DNA of 64,000 nucleotides from Octopus vulgaris (GCA_951406725.2 OX597821.1:73718001-73782000); one strand, 5' to 3'. Positions 26,810 through 41,100 are shown, numbered from the stretch's first letter. Numbers and translations are program-made. The notes: generated from the letters alone by a model not told the origin.

Positions 26810-26975
26810 GAGACCAGTTGATTACATCGACCCCAGTGTTCAACTGGTACTTAGATCTATCAACCCCGAAAGGATGAATGGCAAAGTCAACCTCGGTGGA
26901 ACTTGAACTCACAACGTAACGACAGGCGAAATACCGCTAAACATATCGTCCAGCGCGCCAACGATTCTGCTAGCT
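26810..26975 (-). mobile_element. SINE family A (older copy)
   Basis: ccccgaaaggatgaatggcaaagtcaacctcgg...gaactca. Confidence 0.8.
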
Positions 26976-27027
26976 CACCTCTCTCTCTCTCTCGCTCTCT
27001 CTCATTCTCTCTCTAGCATATATATGC

Positions 27028-27176
27028 GTAGGTGTGGGTGTATGATAAGAAGTTTTAATTCCCAATCACATGGTTCCGGGTTCAGTCCCACTGTGTGGCA
27101 CCCAGGGCAAGTGATTTCTACTAAAGCCTCAGGCCAAACAAAGATTTTGTCTACTGGAACTGAAAGAAGCTTGTTA
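27028..27176 (+). mobile_element. SINE family B 5' half, cut by the mariner insertion
   Basis: catggttccgggttcagtcccactg...ggaactgaaagaagc abuts the mariner TA target. Confidence 0.8.
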
Positions 27177-27178
27177 TA

Positions 27179-28470
27179 CGAGGGACGTTCAATAAGTAAT
27201 GCCTCTGACCCATTTGCATTTGTTTTATCTAGCTGAAATTTTGCATGTGCAATCATTTATATCTCTATAGAGTAAGTGGAAAATTACAGCTCTGAATTAA
27301 TTATGGTTTCTGATTTACAGGTGTTTGAACCGAGTCAAGTGTGAAATGGAGCCTGTTGAGTGTCGAGCAGTGATCCGGTTTTTGTATTTGAAAGGACACA
27401 CACCACGGGAGACTTTTGATGAAATGAAAGTAACTTATGGTGATGATGCCCCATCATATGACCTTGTAAAACGCTGGCATCGTGAATTCAAACATGGTCG
27501 GAACTCTGTGGAAACAGCTCCCAGATCTGGTCGCCCCCTTCTGCCATTGATGAGGCATCTGTCCGTCAAGTTGAGGTTGCCATTTTGGAAGATCGACGCA
27601 TAATTATTCGCCAAATAGCCCATGAGGTCAAGATTAGTACCGGGTCTGTGGAAACTATCATTCATGACCATTTGCATAGGCAAAAGGTGTCTGCCAGATG
27701 GATTCCCAGGTTGCTCACGCCTTTCCAGAAGCAAGAACGCGTCGAGTGCTCGAGGGTGAATTTGGAGATGTGCCAAGAAGATGAGTCAAAATTTTTCAAA
27801 AGACTGATTACACAGGATGAAACCTGGGTCCATCACGATGATCCAGAGACCAAAGCCCAGTCAATGCAGTGGAAGCACCGTGACTCACCCCCTCCAAAGA
27901 AGGCAAGGGTGCAGCCCTCCGCTGGCAAGGTCATGCTCACAGTCTTCTGGGACCAGGGCGGAGTAGTGATGACAGATTTCCTGGCAAAGGGTACCACAAT
28001 TGCAGGAGCCTATTATGCTTTACTTTTGAGGAAATTAAGAGAAGTTATCAAAATCAAGAGGCGGGGCAAGATCAGCAAAGGCATCCTCCTCCTGCAGGAC
28101 AACGCTCCGGTCCACAACTCGCTTGTCGCCAGATCAGAAGCACAGGCGTATGGCTATGAACTCCTCCCCATCCCCCCTACTTTCCTGACCTTGCACCCTC
28201 TGATTTTCACCTCTTCCCAATCATGAAGTTGTTTTTGAAAGGAAAGCGTTTTCCAGATGATGCAGCCTTGATTTCTGAAGTCACGTTGAGGTTGGAGGAC
28301 CAAGCTGGGTTCTTCTACAAAAACGGTCTCCAGAGCCGCATCAAACGATGGAAGAAATGCGTAACTCTGGGTAGTTCCTATTTAGAAAAACAACTAATAA
28401 CTGTGCCAAGTTTCGTTGCTCTACTGCTATGGGAAGTGGGTCAGGAGCATTACTTATTGAACGCCCCTCG
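27179..28470 (+). mobile_element. Full-length mariner (DD34D) DNA transposon, 1292 bp
   Basis: 33-bp TIRs cgagggacgttcaataagtaatgcctctgaccc / cgaggggcgttcaataagtaatgctcctgaccc; TA on both sides. Confidence 0.96.
27346..28400 (+). pseudogene. Mariner transposase with two single-base frameshifts (~27538, ~28168)
   Basis: RAVIRFL HTH, WIPRLL, QDETW, QDNAPVH and reconstructed PPYFPDLAPSDFHLF; 34 residues between the 2nd and 3rd catalytic Asp. Confidence 0.93.
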
Positions 28471-28591
28471 TATATATATATAAATTTTAATATTTCTATT
28501 ATTGAAAACAAGTGGATATATTCCACCGAAACTAGGTAAATAAAACCTTCGAACAGAGACGATCAGTGGCGACACCTGCTGGGTCGACTAC

Positions 28592-28634
28592 GCTACATTA
28601 ACAAAGGGCAAATACCCTGAAACGTGTCTGTAGC
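28592..28634 (+). ncRNA. Decayed hammerhead motif
   Basis: gctaca-TTAACAA-aggg caaata ccct-GAAAC-gt-GTC-tgtagc: perfect stems I and II; the core is three transitions away from CTGACGA. Confidence 0.45.
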
Positions 28635-28864
28635 TGTCTGACTGGCAGTGTGAAGCGGCTGACCTCCCTTGTACGAAGGTTATAATGGACACAGTCCGTG
28701 TGTCAAATAGCTATCTTAAGGCGATGGCCTCATGGAGCTAATCAGCGACAGCTTTTAGTCTTATATCTATAAGACTGCCATATTAATATGGCGATAACAA
28801 TTAATTTCCAGTAACGCTGCAGTAATCTCTTTTAGAGAGACTTAGTAATTTTAATATTTCTATG

Positions 28865-29803
<939 letters not shown>

Positions 29804-29941
29804 TAGGTATAAGTTAGAGGTGTTTAAAGCCTCTAAGGGATAGATATATCGGAAGGCACTCCTGGTAATTACCTCAAGGTATAGTCCTTGGTAAAAAGCG
29901 TACGTCAGCAGGTAATTTGGCGGGTAAACCGTAGTTTAATT

Positions 29942-30316
29942 TATATAGACGATAAGAAAATGGAGGAAAGGTAACAATAAGAAGTGTGTCTTTTGCGCTA
30001 GAAAGCCATTATTTAATTAGTTAAGAAAGGTTTAGAGTGAGAGTGAGTTTACGATCTTTTCGAACTTTGATCATTTTCTTTTCCAATGTATCCCTCTACC
30101 TTTCGCTCTTCTCTACTTCTGACTTCTTAGTTCTGATGATGTCTACCATTGGCAACGATGCAAAAAAGAAAAATATAGTTTCCTCCCTATGGTACACAAA
30201 ATGATCGTAAACTCACTCTTGCTCTCACCTTTCCTAGCTAATGAAATAATGGCTTCCTAGCCCGAAAGACAGATCTCATATTGTTCTTTTTCCCCCATTT
30301 TCATATCGTCTATATA
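29942..30316. mobile_element. MITE-like element with ~115-bp diverged inverted arms
   Basis: tatatagacgata...gagtgagtttacgatc vs gatcgtaaactcactc...tatcgtctatata. Confidence 0.7.
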
Positions 30317-30610
30317 TGTATTAGTGTATATACGTATATAAATATGTATTTGAATTTTTCTTGTTATATATCACCTTTAAGCACAGACAATTTTATTCTG
30401 ATGTTTAATCTCACATTCTGTATTTGACATATGCTTGATTTTACATGACTGATATATATACTAATTCGTATTTATAATGTATAATTTATACATTTTAATT
30501 TTTAATATTGCAAGGTATAATTTCTAATTCTTAATTTTTAATCTTTAATGCTTAATTGTATTGCTTATTTTTAAAGGGATGTAAAATTAAATTAAAAATA
30601 TTTTGAAATA

Positions 30611-30650
30611 GAACCTGAAGATGTGCTGGGATAATTGTAAATCTGGCGAT

Positions 30651-30711
<61 letters not shown>

Positions 30712-30843
30712 ATTTTGATTTTGATTTTGATTTTTCCAGTTTCAGCTAATGAGCTGTGGCCATGCTGTGGCCATATATATGGGTATTCACTTGTGTATGT
30801 GTATAAATATTATAATCTTCCAATACTGAAACACGCGTAGTTC
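30611..30843 (+). ncRNA. Hammerhead motif with nested insertions in loop II
   Basis: gaac-CTGAAGA-tgtgctggga...ttccaatact-GAAAC-acgc-GTA-gttc; perfect 4-bp stem I. Confidence 0.55.
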
Positions 30844-31064
30844 CTTGATATTTAATAACTATAAGTATTAACTAAAGTATGATATAATTTATGAAGTATA
30901 TTATACACCCTGCTGATAATTTTGGTTATATCCTTTAAGTAATATTTCGTGATGTGCAAACTGATACCATGAGTTTACTGTCAGATATACTCATTAGGTT
31001 ATTTTTGTATTATCTGAAATAGAATACCCGCATATCGATTAATCCCTCCAAAATTGAATCAATA

Positions 31065-31476
31065 TATGTTTCTATGTATATGCAAATGTATATATATGTA
31101 TATGTAAATGTACATATTTATGTATATGTATATGTATATGTATATATATGTATATATGTCTGTGTATATATATATGTGTATATGTCTATGTATATATATA
31201 TATGTATATATGTATATATATATAATATATATGTATATATATGTATATGTATATATATGTATATATATATATATGTATATATATATTTATGTATATATGT
31301 TTATATATGTATGTATATATATATGTATATATACATATATATATATACATATATATATGTATATATACATATATATATATACATGTATATATATGTATAT
31401 ATACATATATATATATATGTATATATACATATATATATGTACATATGTTTATATATACATACATATATGCACATAC

Positions 31477-31515
<39 letters not shown>

Positions 31516-31547
31516 TATGTATATATATATATATGAAAGAAACCCGT

Positions 31548-31604
<57 letters not shown>

Positions 31605-31610
31605 GTATAT
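31065..31610. repeat. TA-rich microsatellite
   Basis: Directly visible. Confidence 0.95.
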
Positions 31611-31810
31611 CTTTGTGTCTGTTTCCTTGTTTGACCACCACTACCGTTTCACAACCGGTGTAGGTGTGTTTACGTCGCTGTGACATAGCGAGTCGGTAAA
31701 AGAGACCGACATAATAAGTACCAGGCTTAAAAAAAAAAAAAATTAAATGACTGGCGTCGATTGAATCGACCAAAAGCTCTTTTGAAGCTGTGCTGCAGCA
31801 TAGTTCCGAA
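31610..31810 (+). mobile_element. SINE family B 3' half (diverged)
   Basis: ggtgtgtttacgtc...aaagagaccga...aataagtaccaggctt. Confidence 0.7.
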
Positions 31811-32664
31811 GGCAGGAAAGACAAAGATGGCCTCAGTGCAATTTGAACTGAGAACGCACAGTGCCAGAACAGACAAACGATTAGTGACCTAAGAGCAGTG
31901 AAATGAGTACGGCTCGGGAAGCGAACGTCTGTCTCTGCTCAGTGGCATATTTCAAGTGATGCACGTAGTAGATCTTCTGATATTTAGAAGGAAAAAGCTA
32001 CACGTTTGAAAGAACCTGTTCTCTTACGAGTGACATTTTGTACAAGCCATAGAAAAACTAAACGTATGAACAAACACTACGGGTGGAAGCGGTGTTGGTG
32101 CCGGCGGCAGGGAGGGAGGGAGTAGCCGTTGAGTGGGCGATCGGTAAACAACGGCATACTCTGACTTATACAAACACGACCGTCAGATTAATAGATTAAC
32201 AAATGTCATTGGCAAAAATCCAATAATCTTTCGCTCCCTGTCATCGTTTGAATACCTGAAGAAGATAAGAAAACATTAAAAAAAAACAAAAAAAACGCCC
32301 CAATCAAAAACAAATTACAACAAAAGCGTAAATCAATGCCGGACATCCAATTGGCGAAGAACAGGTTCAATATCAGATAACACGTTTTTATTGTTGTTGG
32401 AGTTGTTTTATAGAGATATTTGAAGTTGGGGCTTGTTATTTATTGATTTGAGGTCGGTGAGGGGGGGGGGCGGGTTGATCTGAAACGCCAGTGCTCGCTG
32501 TGTATGTGTGTGTATATATATGTATGCGTGCGTTTAGGATGGGCTTCTTTCAGTTTCCATCTACAAAATCCACTCACGAGGTTTTGGTCGGCTCGAAGTG
32601 TCACGCAGTGGGACAGAACCAGGAACCATGTGTTTTGGAAGGAAACTTCTTACCACCCAATCAT

Positions 32665-33067
32665 ATATATACTTATATTTACATATATGTAGCTATATAT
32701 ATATATGTAAATATACGTGTATATATATGTGTGTATATGTATATATATGTGTGTATATATATGTATATATATATATATGTGTGTATATATATATATATAC
32801 ATATATGTAGATATATATATGTATATATATGTGTGTGTATATATATATGTATATATATGTGTGCGTATATATATATATGTATATATATGTGAGTATATAT
32901 ATATATGTATATATATATATGTGTGTATATATGTATATGTGTATATATATATATGTATATATGTGTATATATATATATGTATATATATGTATATATATAT
33001 ATGTATATATATGTGTGTATATATATATATGTATATATATGTGTATATACATATATATATGTGCGTG

Positions 33068-33102
<35 letters not shown>

Positions 33103-33219
33103 GTATATGTATATATATGTAGATATATATATATATGTATGTATATATATGTAGATATATATATATATGTATATATATATATATGTATATATATGTAGAT
33201 ATATATATATATATATGTA

Positions 33220-33273
<54 letters not shown>

Positions 33274-33360
33274 GATATATATGTATATATATGTATATAT
33301 ATGTAGATATATATGTATATATATGTAGATATATGTAGATATATATGTATATATATGTAG

Positions 33361-33392
<32 letters not shown>

Positions 33393-33476
33393 GTAGATAT
33401 ATATATATATATATATATGCATATATATGTAGATATATATATATATATATATATATGCATATGTATATATATGCAC

Positions 33477-33509
<33 letters not shown>

Positions 33510-33510
33510 G
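32665..33510. repeat. TA/TG compound microsatellite
   Basis: Directly visible. Confidence 0.95.
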
Positions 33511-33511
33511 G

Positions 33512-33750
33512 TGGAGGTGCATGGCTTAGTGGTTATGGTTTCAGCACCATGATCGTAAGATTGTGGTTTCGATTCCTGGACCAGGCGACGCATTGTGTTC
33601 TTGAGCAAAACACTCCATTTCACGTTGCTCCACTCCACTCAGCTGGCAAAAATGAGTAACGCTGCGATGGACTGGCCTCCCGTCCAGCTGGGGAACACAT
33701 ACGCCATAGAAACCGGGTCATGAGCCTGGCCAGGCATTAAAAGGGCGCAT
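33512..33750 (+). mobile_element. tRNA-derived SINE family C
   Basis: tggcttagtggtta (A box), ggtttcgattcc (B box), tgtgttcttgagcaaaacact...ccactcagctggcaaaaatgagt; similar copies at 53574-53820 (+) and ~38800-38940 (-). Confidence 0.88.
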
Positions 33751-33776
33751 TTATATATATATATATATAATTAGTA

Positions 33777-33816
<40 letters not shown>

Positions 33817-34864
33817 ATATCTGCAAATATGTATGTATCCAATCGAAACGAATGTTACTCTAACAATAGGACGAAATCATCAGTTTTGGACGAATAACCA
33901 CCACCACCACTGCTGTTACTACTGCTGCTGCTACTACTACTACTGCTACTACTACTTATATGGTGTGCCCTTTCTTCCGTTAATACATTAAAACTTATAT
34001 ATGCAAGTGTGAGCGTATGTATGTGGGTAATGTGTGTGTATACGCTAGTTTGTGTACACATATAGAATTATATATTATCGCCTAATTTCTTCAGATTATG
34101 TGACTCAACCATTTTGGAAAGAAGTAGAATGCCGTGTGCATTTTGATTGCTCTCATCGATAAAGAATATTTTTAAGAAATGCCCATTTTTTCACAGAACG
34201 TTATTTTACGCGTTCATGCTTTAAAAAGAATAAGGATGAGCGCCACGCCAGCCCATTTCCCCCCTGAGTCCTTGATTTCTATGGCTTATACGACCGAATT
34301 CACAACATTTTCTTGAACAGGACGACTGTTTGTTACAGGGTTCAAGGTCAATAATTTTGAGGGGAGGGGCAAATCAGTTACAATGAATCTACTGCTTGAT
34401 TTGTACGTTATTCTATCAACCAAGAAGGGATGAAAAGTATAATTTCACCTTAGCAGGATTTGAACTCAGAATGTAAAGAACTAGAATCAATGCCAGTAAG
34501 CAGTTTGTCCGACGTGCTAAAGATGCTGCCAGCTCGCCACTTTCACGCCATCCCATCGCCTCCTTCCCTAAAAATCATATATTTCGGAGGTGCGGTAAGG
34601 AGATTGCTACTTTATGGTTTCCGGTTCAATCCCACTGGACCAAAGTTTTGTGTGTAGATCTGGTAGACGGAAACTGAAAGAAGCCCCTAATATATATTGT
34701 TATGGCTAGAATCATGACAACCCGTGTGTGAATGGAAGCCGAACTCGTATAAGCAGTAGCGTGTATGACTGAGGGCGAGAGATGGGAAATCGCAGGAAGT
34801 GGAAAGGCGTCGTTCGTGAGTTTGTTGAGTCGCAGGAAATTGTTGAGAAGTTATGATTGTCGAC

Positions 34865-35150
34865 ACTGCACAGTGCTAAAGATTCCAGCAATGCCATCGC
34901 GCTTCAGGACCAGTTACTGCAACAGCCTGGGTTTCAGGGGCCCACAGCTTTTTAATATTGTCCCAAAGAGCCTGAGGAATCTACACAAAGTAGATGTAGG
35001 GTTTTTTAAATCAAAGCTGGACGTCTTCCTGTCGAGAGTCCCAGATGAACCTACCTCACGGCAAGAGGTGCAAATGAGGGTAGCTACATCAAACTCCATT
35101 CTACACTAAGTGCCACATATTAGAGGAGGCTCTTAGTAATAACAGTGTAG

Positions 35151-35152
<2 letters not shown>
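34865..35152 (+). mobile_element. CR1 3' fragment nested between the two halves of a SINE B (34586-34695 and 35470-35655)
   Basis: [63 protein letters not shown]; same family as 10443. Confidence 0.85.
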
Positions 35153-35184
<32 letters not shown>

Positions 35185-35393
35185 ATAAGTAAGTTCAGCG
35201 TGTCGATATACCAAAATATTTTAATACATTTGCTACAAAATGTATTTACACAGATTAGAAATGATTTCTATATCGAGTTTCCTGACTTACTTGTCCTTAC
35301 GTTTGCACCTCTCCCTGCTGAAGTTTAAACCTGTTGAGTACTAAAACGTGTGTTCTATACGGAAATTAACTGTCTCTCATCTCTCTATCTCTC

Positions 35394-35447
<54 letters not shown>

Positions 35448-36636
35448 ATGTGTGTGTGTGTGCGTGTGTGTGTGTGTATCTTTATCTTCCACCACCGCTC
35501 GACAATCGGTGTTGTCGTTACGTCTCAAAATAGACCCATAGGATAGAAACTAGTCTTAAAAGAAAGCAACCGGGTCGGGTCCATTCAACTAAAAATTCTT
35601 CAAGCTGGTGCCTCAGCATGGCCGCAGCTCTAAAGACCGAAACAAGTAAAATAAAATAAAATATGATAAATATAAAATAGATATTCCCTAGAAGTATACT
35701 CCTTTTGATAGATCACAGATCTAGGGTTAACTCCTCACAACTTATGATAGAATAAAATTGCTTTTGATTTCGCCCAACCCCACCAACTTACCGCAAAACA
35801 ACAACAACCCCGGTGCAGAAAACAGTTTTCAAAGTTTTCTTAGAAGATGGTAAACCAGACGCATTTTCGGTTTTCAGTACACATTAAATTACACTGCATA
35901 AGTAATATATAATGTGTGGGAGATCAAACTATAGATATTTATGAGTGTGCTGTACATGTGTGTATACATACATGTATGCGGGGGTGATAGCGCTAAGCAG
36001 TGAAGTGTACAAAGTTGCTACGAGTTGAAATGTGCTTGAGGCATATTCGAAACCCGTAAGAAAGCTGTTCACTGTATTTTGTTATGGAGAAAATCTCTCG
36101 CCGTAGACTAATAGGTGTAATTACACCGAGTCAATTTACTGCGTTCCTTAACCAGACTTGTTGCATTTCAGAGTGGTTATCGCCTCATCAGTAACAGACA
36201 CCGGAAAGGTAAACACTGCAAACCGAAACGAGAGACGAGTCCCTCCTCCAATGACATTCCTGCCATCGTTCAATGTCTGGTTACGCTATTCAGTAACTCA
36301 TCGTAAACAAAATACGGGGAGACAGCTCGATATTTGCCTTAAATTTTAAACTAAAGCGGTAAAAACAGTGTATGATCACACACACACTCACACACACACA
36401 CACACGCAATTATGTCATAATTTTATTAAGTGTAAATTGTATTGGTTTGTAACATTTATCTGACGAGATTAATATGGATCATATGCAATACGTTTTAATA
36501 TAAACACAATAATTTATTCGTCAAGGTCGACCTTGCCTTTCACCTTTTCGGGGTCGATGAAATAAGTACCAGTTTAACACTGGGGTCAATGTAATCCATT
36601 TAACCCCTTCTCTGAAACTACCGGTCTTATATACTA

Positions 36637-36912
36637 GGAGCACTCCGTCGGTTACGACTTTGAGGGTCCCAGTTGATCCGATCAACTAGCAAGTAGCTGA
36701 GCACTCCTCAGACACGTGTACCCTTAACGTAGTTCTCGGGGAGATTCATCATGACATAGAGTGTGACAACACCGGCCCTTTGAAATACAGGTACTAGTCA
36801 TTTTTGCCAGCTGAGTGGACTGGAGCAATGTGAAATAAAGTGTCTTGCTCAAGAACACAACACGTCGCCGGGAATGACCTTACGATCATGAACCGAATAC
36901 CTCTAACCACTA
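36637..36912 (-). mobile_element. Chimeric SINE: family C head/centre joined to family D 3' body
   Basis: ...ccactcagctggcaaaaatgactagtacctgtatttcaaagggcc... junction at ~36795. Confidence 0.8.
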
Positions 36913-36939
36913 ATATATATATATATACATACACAGACA

Positions 36940-37248
36940 AGGCGTTGTGAGTGTTTATTGAGCGAAAACATCTAAAGAGCCGAGAGGCTCCGGCAGGGGG
37001 GAGTGGCGAACCCTGCTGTACTCTTTCCCCACAACTTTCTCTCACACTTTCTTCCAGTCTCTGTTGTACCTGTATTTCAAAGGGGCCAGCCTTGTCACAC
37101 TCTGTGTCACGCTGAATCTCCCCGAGAACTACGTTAAGGGTACACGTGTCTGTGGAGTGCTCAGCCACTTGCACGTTATTTTCACGAGCAGGCTGTTTCG
37201 TTGATCAGCTCAACTGGAACCTTCGTCGTCGTAACCGACGGAATGCCA
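36940..37248 (+). mobile_element. SINE family D (5' truncated)
   Basis: Matches the reverse complement of 16735-17050. Confidence 0.88.
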
Positions 37249-38198
37249 CGATTTGTTTTAAACCGAACAGACTCATTAGTCAACGAAGGGATCTGCAGGC
37301 GCTGCCTGGTTCATTGGGAGTCCTCTTTTTTTAATTTCTGGGGACTTTAAATGAATGCTTGAGTCACAAACAGCTGTATACCTACTTTTGCCCACCCCGA
37401 TCTATCTATGTATATTCCGTCAATGAAGGTATTCCCTCCGTACTCCTTCACTTTCCACTCCTTCCCAATTTCCTCATTTCACCCCACCACTCCACTTCTC
37501 TCCTCCCACCACTTCTATCTCCATGCTTCTAAATCTCCACCTCATTCACTAGTCTTCCTTCCTTCTCCCCGCCTGACTCTCCGCTCATAAATCCCCCTCT
37601 TCCTTTTCCCTCCTCTCACTGTCACTCTAGATTATGATCAATGACAAAACTGTTTACAAACAACCAACTCTCTCCAATGACATCTCAATTCTCTCTTCTT
37701 TCTTTTCCTTATTTTAATTCCTATTCTTTTCCTCTTCTTTGTTCTTCCTCTTTTGCTCTATTTTTTTCTGCTTGTCTTCCCTCTTCCTTGTCTTCATCAC
37801 TCTGTGGACCCCTACTTTCTTTATCTCTCTATTTCTTCTTCCCATCCCTCTCTATCTTCTGCAACACGACAATTCCTCCATTTTCCCTCCCCGTTTCTTA
37901 TTTCCGTTACACCAGTTCCCGCCATTTCTAATTATTATCTCAAACGTATCCTTCTCCATTTCCTCATTCCATTTTTCGTTTTTCGTCGTTGCTTTTCCGT
38001 TTGCCTTTTACAGCTGCTCGTGTCGTCAAAGTCCTGCAGCAGCGACCAGCAATGTCAAGGGAGTCACTGCAACCGCACGGTTCCATGATGCGTTCTTAAA
38101 CAACACTGACACCGCACTTTGCACACTGATTATCACATCAACAATCGCCCAAAACAGGCGCTTGCGACTTCTTCCACATATCTCTAGCATTTGCATTG

Positions 38199-38199
<1 letters not shown>

Positions 38200-38282
<83 letters not shown>

Positions 38283-38507
38283 CCTATCTACCTACATGTC
38301 TGTATGTCTGTCTATTTATCTGTCCGGCTGCCTGCTTGTCTGTCTGTCTATCTATCTACTTACATACCTACCTATGTCTGTCTGTCTGTCTGTTTATCCA
38401 TTATCTCTCTATCTACTAATTTACGTATCTGTCTGTCTGTGCGTGCGTGACTGTATGTGTATCTTTTCTTTCCTCACTTCCTTCTCTCCCCATCTCTCTT
38501 CCTCTCC

Positions 38508-38592
<85 letters not shown>

Positions 38593-39300
38593 CATCCATC
38601 CATCCATCTGTCTATCTTCCCTCTCTCTCCCGCCTGTCTGTGTCTCTCTGATTGTCTGTCTGTCTCTCTCTATCCTCCTCCTCTCTCTCCCCCGTCTCTG
38701 TTCGCTGGCCACAATGCGCTTTGCGTCGTTTGAACTTTCGGATGATGCCACCCCGGGTAGGTGAGCAGGCCAACATCCACCCTGATCAGAAAGCTGGTCG
38801 ATGTCAGGATGACCCAATCACAACTGAGTGGATTGGAGAAAGTGTTGCTCAAAAACACAACGCTCCACTCGGTCTGGGAATAGAATCCACGACCTAGCGA
38901 TTGTGAGTGCAACACCCTGGCCACTGGGCCACGCAGCTTCACACACACACACACACATTCGCATACATACACACGTGCACACACACACACCTTCACACAC
39001 ACACAAACACCTTGACACACACAAATACACGCATCTTCACACACACACCTTTACACACGCACATTTACAGACACACACCTTCACATACACACGCACCTTC
39101 ACACACACATGCACACACACAAAAACATCTTCACACACACACCACACACATACAAGCACCTTGACACACACAGACACGCACCTTCACATACACACATCTT
39201 CACACACACGCACCTCTTCACACATACACGCACCTCCACACACACGCACCTCTTCACACACACACGCACCTTCACACACACAACTTCACACACACACACT
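38200..39300. repeat. (TATC)n and (CA)-rich simple repeats with a decayed SINE C (-) at ~38800-38940
   Basis: Directly visible. Confidence 0.88.
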
Positions 39301-39899
39301 TAATAATCATAACGACTATGAAAAGAACGAACAGCAACAAAAAACAACCAAATACACAAGCAAAAAAACCCCACCAACATTATCTTTATAAACAACAACA
39401 TTGAGTTGATGGAATTCATAAAAAAAAACAATTAAAAAAGAAACTGAGAGAAAATGGGAAAGATTTTGAGAAATTCCTCACCAAAACAGTCCAAACAAGA
39501 TTACTATTTCCCAGAAAAAAGAGTGGACGAAATAGGATTAGAAGGGCCTTGGAAGGGGTGCCTTTCTGAAGAAGGAAACCAGACCAAATGCTCTTCTCGA
39601 AGACCAAGTAATTTCTTATTTATCTTCTTAGAATGACATGGTTTTTCTGTGGTAGCCATTCCCAACACCAAAATACGTAACGCTCATGCGTACTCATTTT
39701 GACTCATTTTGTGGTCTGACGGGATTGTGCGGCGGAGTTGCAGTGCTGTAGAGGGAAGTATTGAATTCAGAGGTCCATAGGATAATCCTTGATCTGTAGC
39801 ACTGGATGTGAACGACAATAAAAAACATTACCACAAATTTGTGGTGTGCACAGTTGACACAGACAGAGGCCGGGTTACCGAAAGGCAAACACAACATTG

Positions 39900-41100
39900 C
39901 CGGCGCGCCAAATGGTAGGTGTTTGTTGTCGAGAGTAAGGACGAAAAAGCACAAATAAGTGCAACCCCCGATAGCTCCAACCACAACAATATTTATCTCA
40001 TGCTATGCATCATAGAGAGGATAAGAAACAAACCTTGCTTGGATCCATTGAATGCTTTCGATAAAGCTGGCCATCGCTTCTTGGCAGTAATCGTAAAATC
40101 GGTCGCTTTCGAACCTGTTTCCAGAGATTGGCTCATATCTGCGTCAGGTAAAAGTGAACAGTCACCGATTAGAAGCAACATATTGCATGCTCGTTTAACC
40201 TGCGGTGTCTTTTCTGATCTCTCCGACGCGTTGGCAGAAACGTTAGCACGCCGGGAGAAATGCGTAGCCGTATTTCGTCTGCCGATACGTTCTGAGTTCA
40301 AATTCCTTTCGGGGTCGATTAAATAAGTAACAGTTACGCACTGGGGTCGATATAATCGACTTAATCCATGTGTCTGTCCTTGTATATCCCCTCTGTATGT
40401 AGCCCCTTGTGGGTAGTAAAGAAATAAGCATTTCGTCTGTCTTTACGTTCTGAGTTCAAATTCCGCCGAGGTCGACTTTGCCTTTCATCCTTTCGGGGTC
40501 GATAAATTAAGTACTAGTTACGTACTGGGGTCGATATAATCGACTTAATCCGTTTGTCTGTCCTTGTTTGTCCCCTCTGTGTGTAGCCCCTTGTGTGTAG
40601 TAAAGAAGTAGGTTATCGAGTTATAACTACAGAAGCTACAAGTGTAGAGAATCATTCGTTTGGAGTTGGTGCGTTTGGACAGCACACTGTAAAAGAATAC
40701 GAGTTAAAAGCGATGATAAATTCGGAACAAATCGATGGTTATGCAGCGTGGTACGTTGAAAAGCACGTCTATGACATTGGAGAGCGTTGTGGGACGTCGG
40801 AAAAACGAACTGATTAATCTGTCTGCCTGCAGGTGGTCATTGAACCACCGGCAGATAAACAGGAGCTGGGTCAAGGTAACGGACAGAAATGGGCTGAAAG
40901 GAAGCTATCCCTGAACGTTCGAGTTGAGGTACCAATTATGTGTATCGCCCTAGCCATCATAAATTATCGCCCTGCCATCGTTCTCTGCCTCAGTTTTCGT
41001 TTGACTAGATTGGAACTTCTGCTCTTCACGTAAAACGGGAGTTCTCCAGTGGTCAGTCGGTCCATCTCCTGTTAGCCTCTTCTGGGAGTCGGACTAGACC
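39900..41100 (+). pseudogene. Decayed L1/Tx1-clade LINE RT, interrupted by SINE A
   Basis: NNIYLMLCIIER, LDPLNAFDKAGHRFL..V...FEPVSRDW (~LDQSKAFDRVDH.YL..VL..GFGP.F..W), AMIN.EK, QKWAERKLSL. Confidence 0.65.
40228..40610 (+). mobile_element. SINE family A, two tandem units
   Basis: Head ttggcagaaacgttagcacgccggg; second unit starts at atttcgtc ~40430. Confidence 0.9.

Noticed and set aside
35328-35376. ctgttga...ggaaa as another hammerhead
   Set aside because: Stems I and II cannot be paired convincingly.
36170-36208. Possible plus-strand micro-exon (ttgcatttcag ... aag|gtaaac)
   Set aside because: Splice-like signals alone are too common to support a call.
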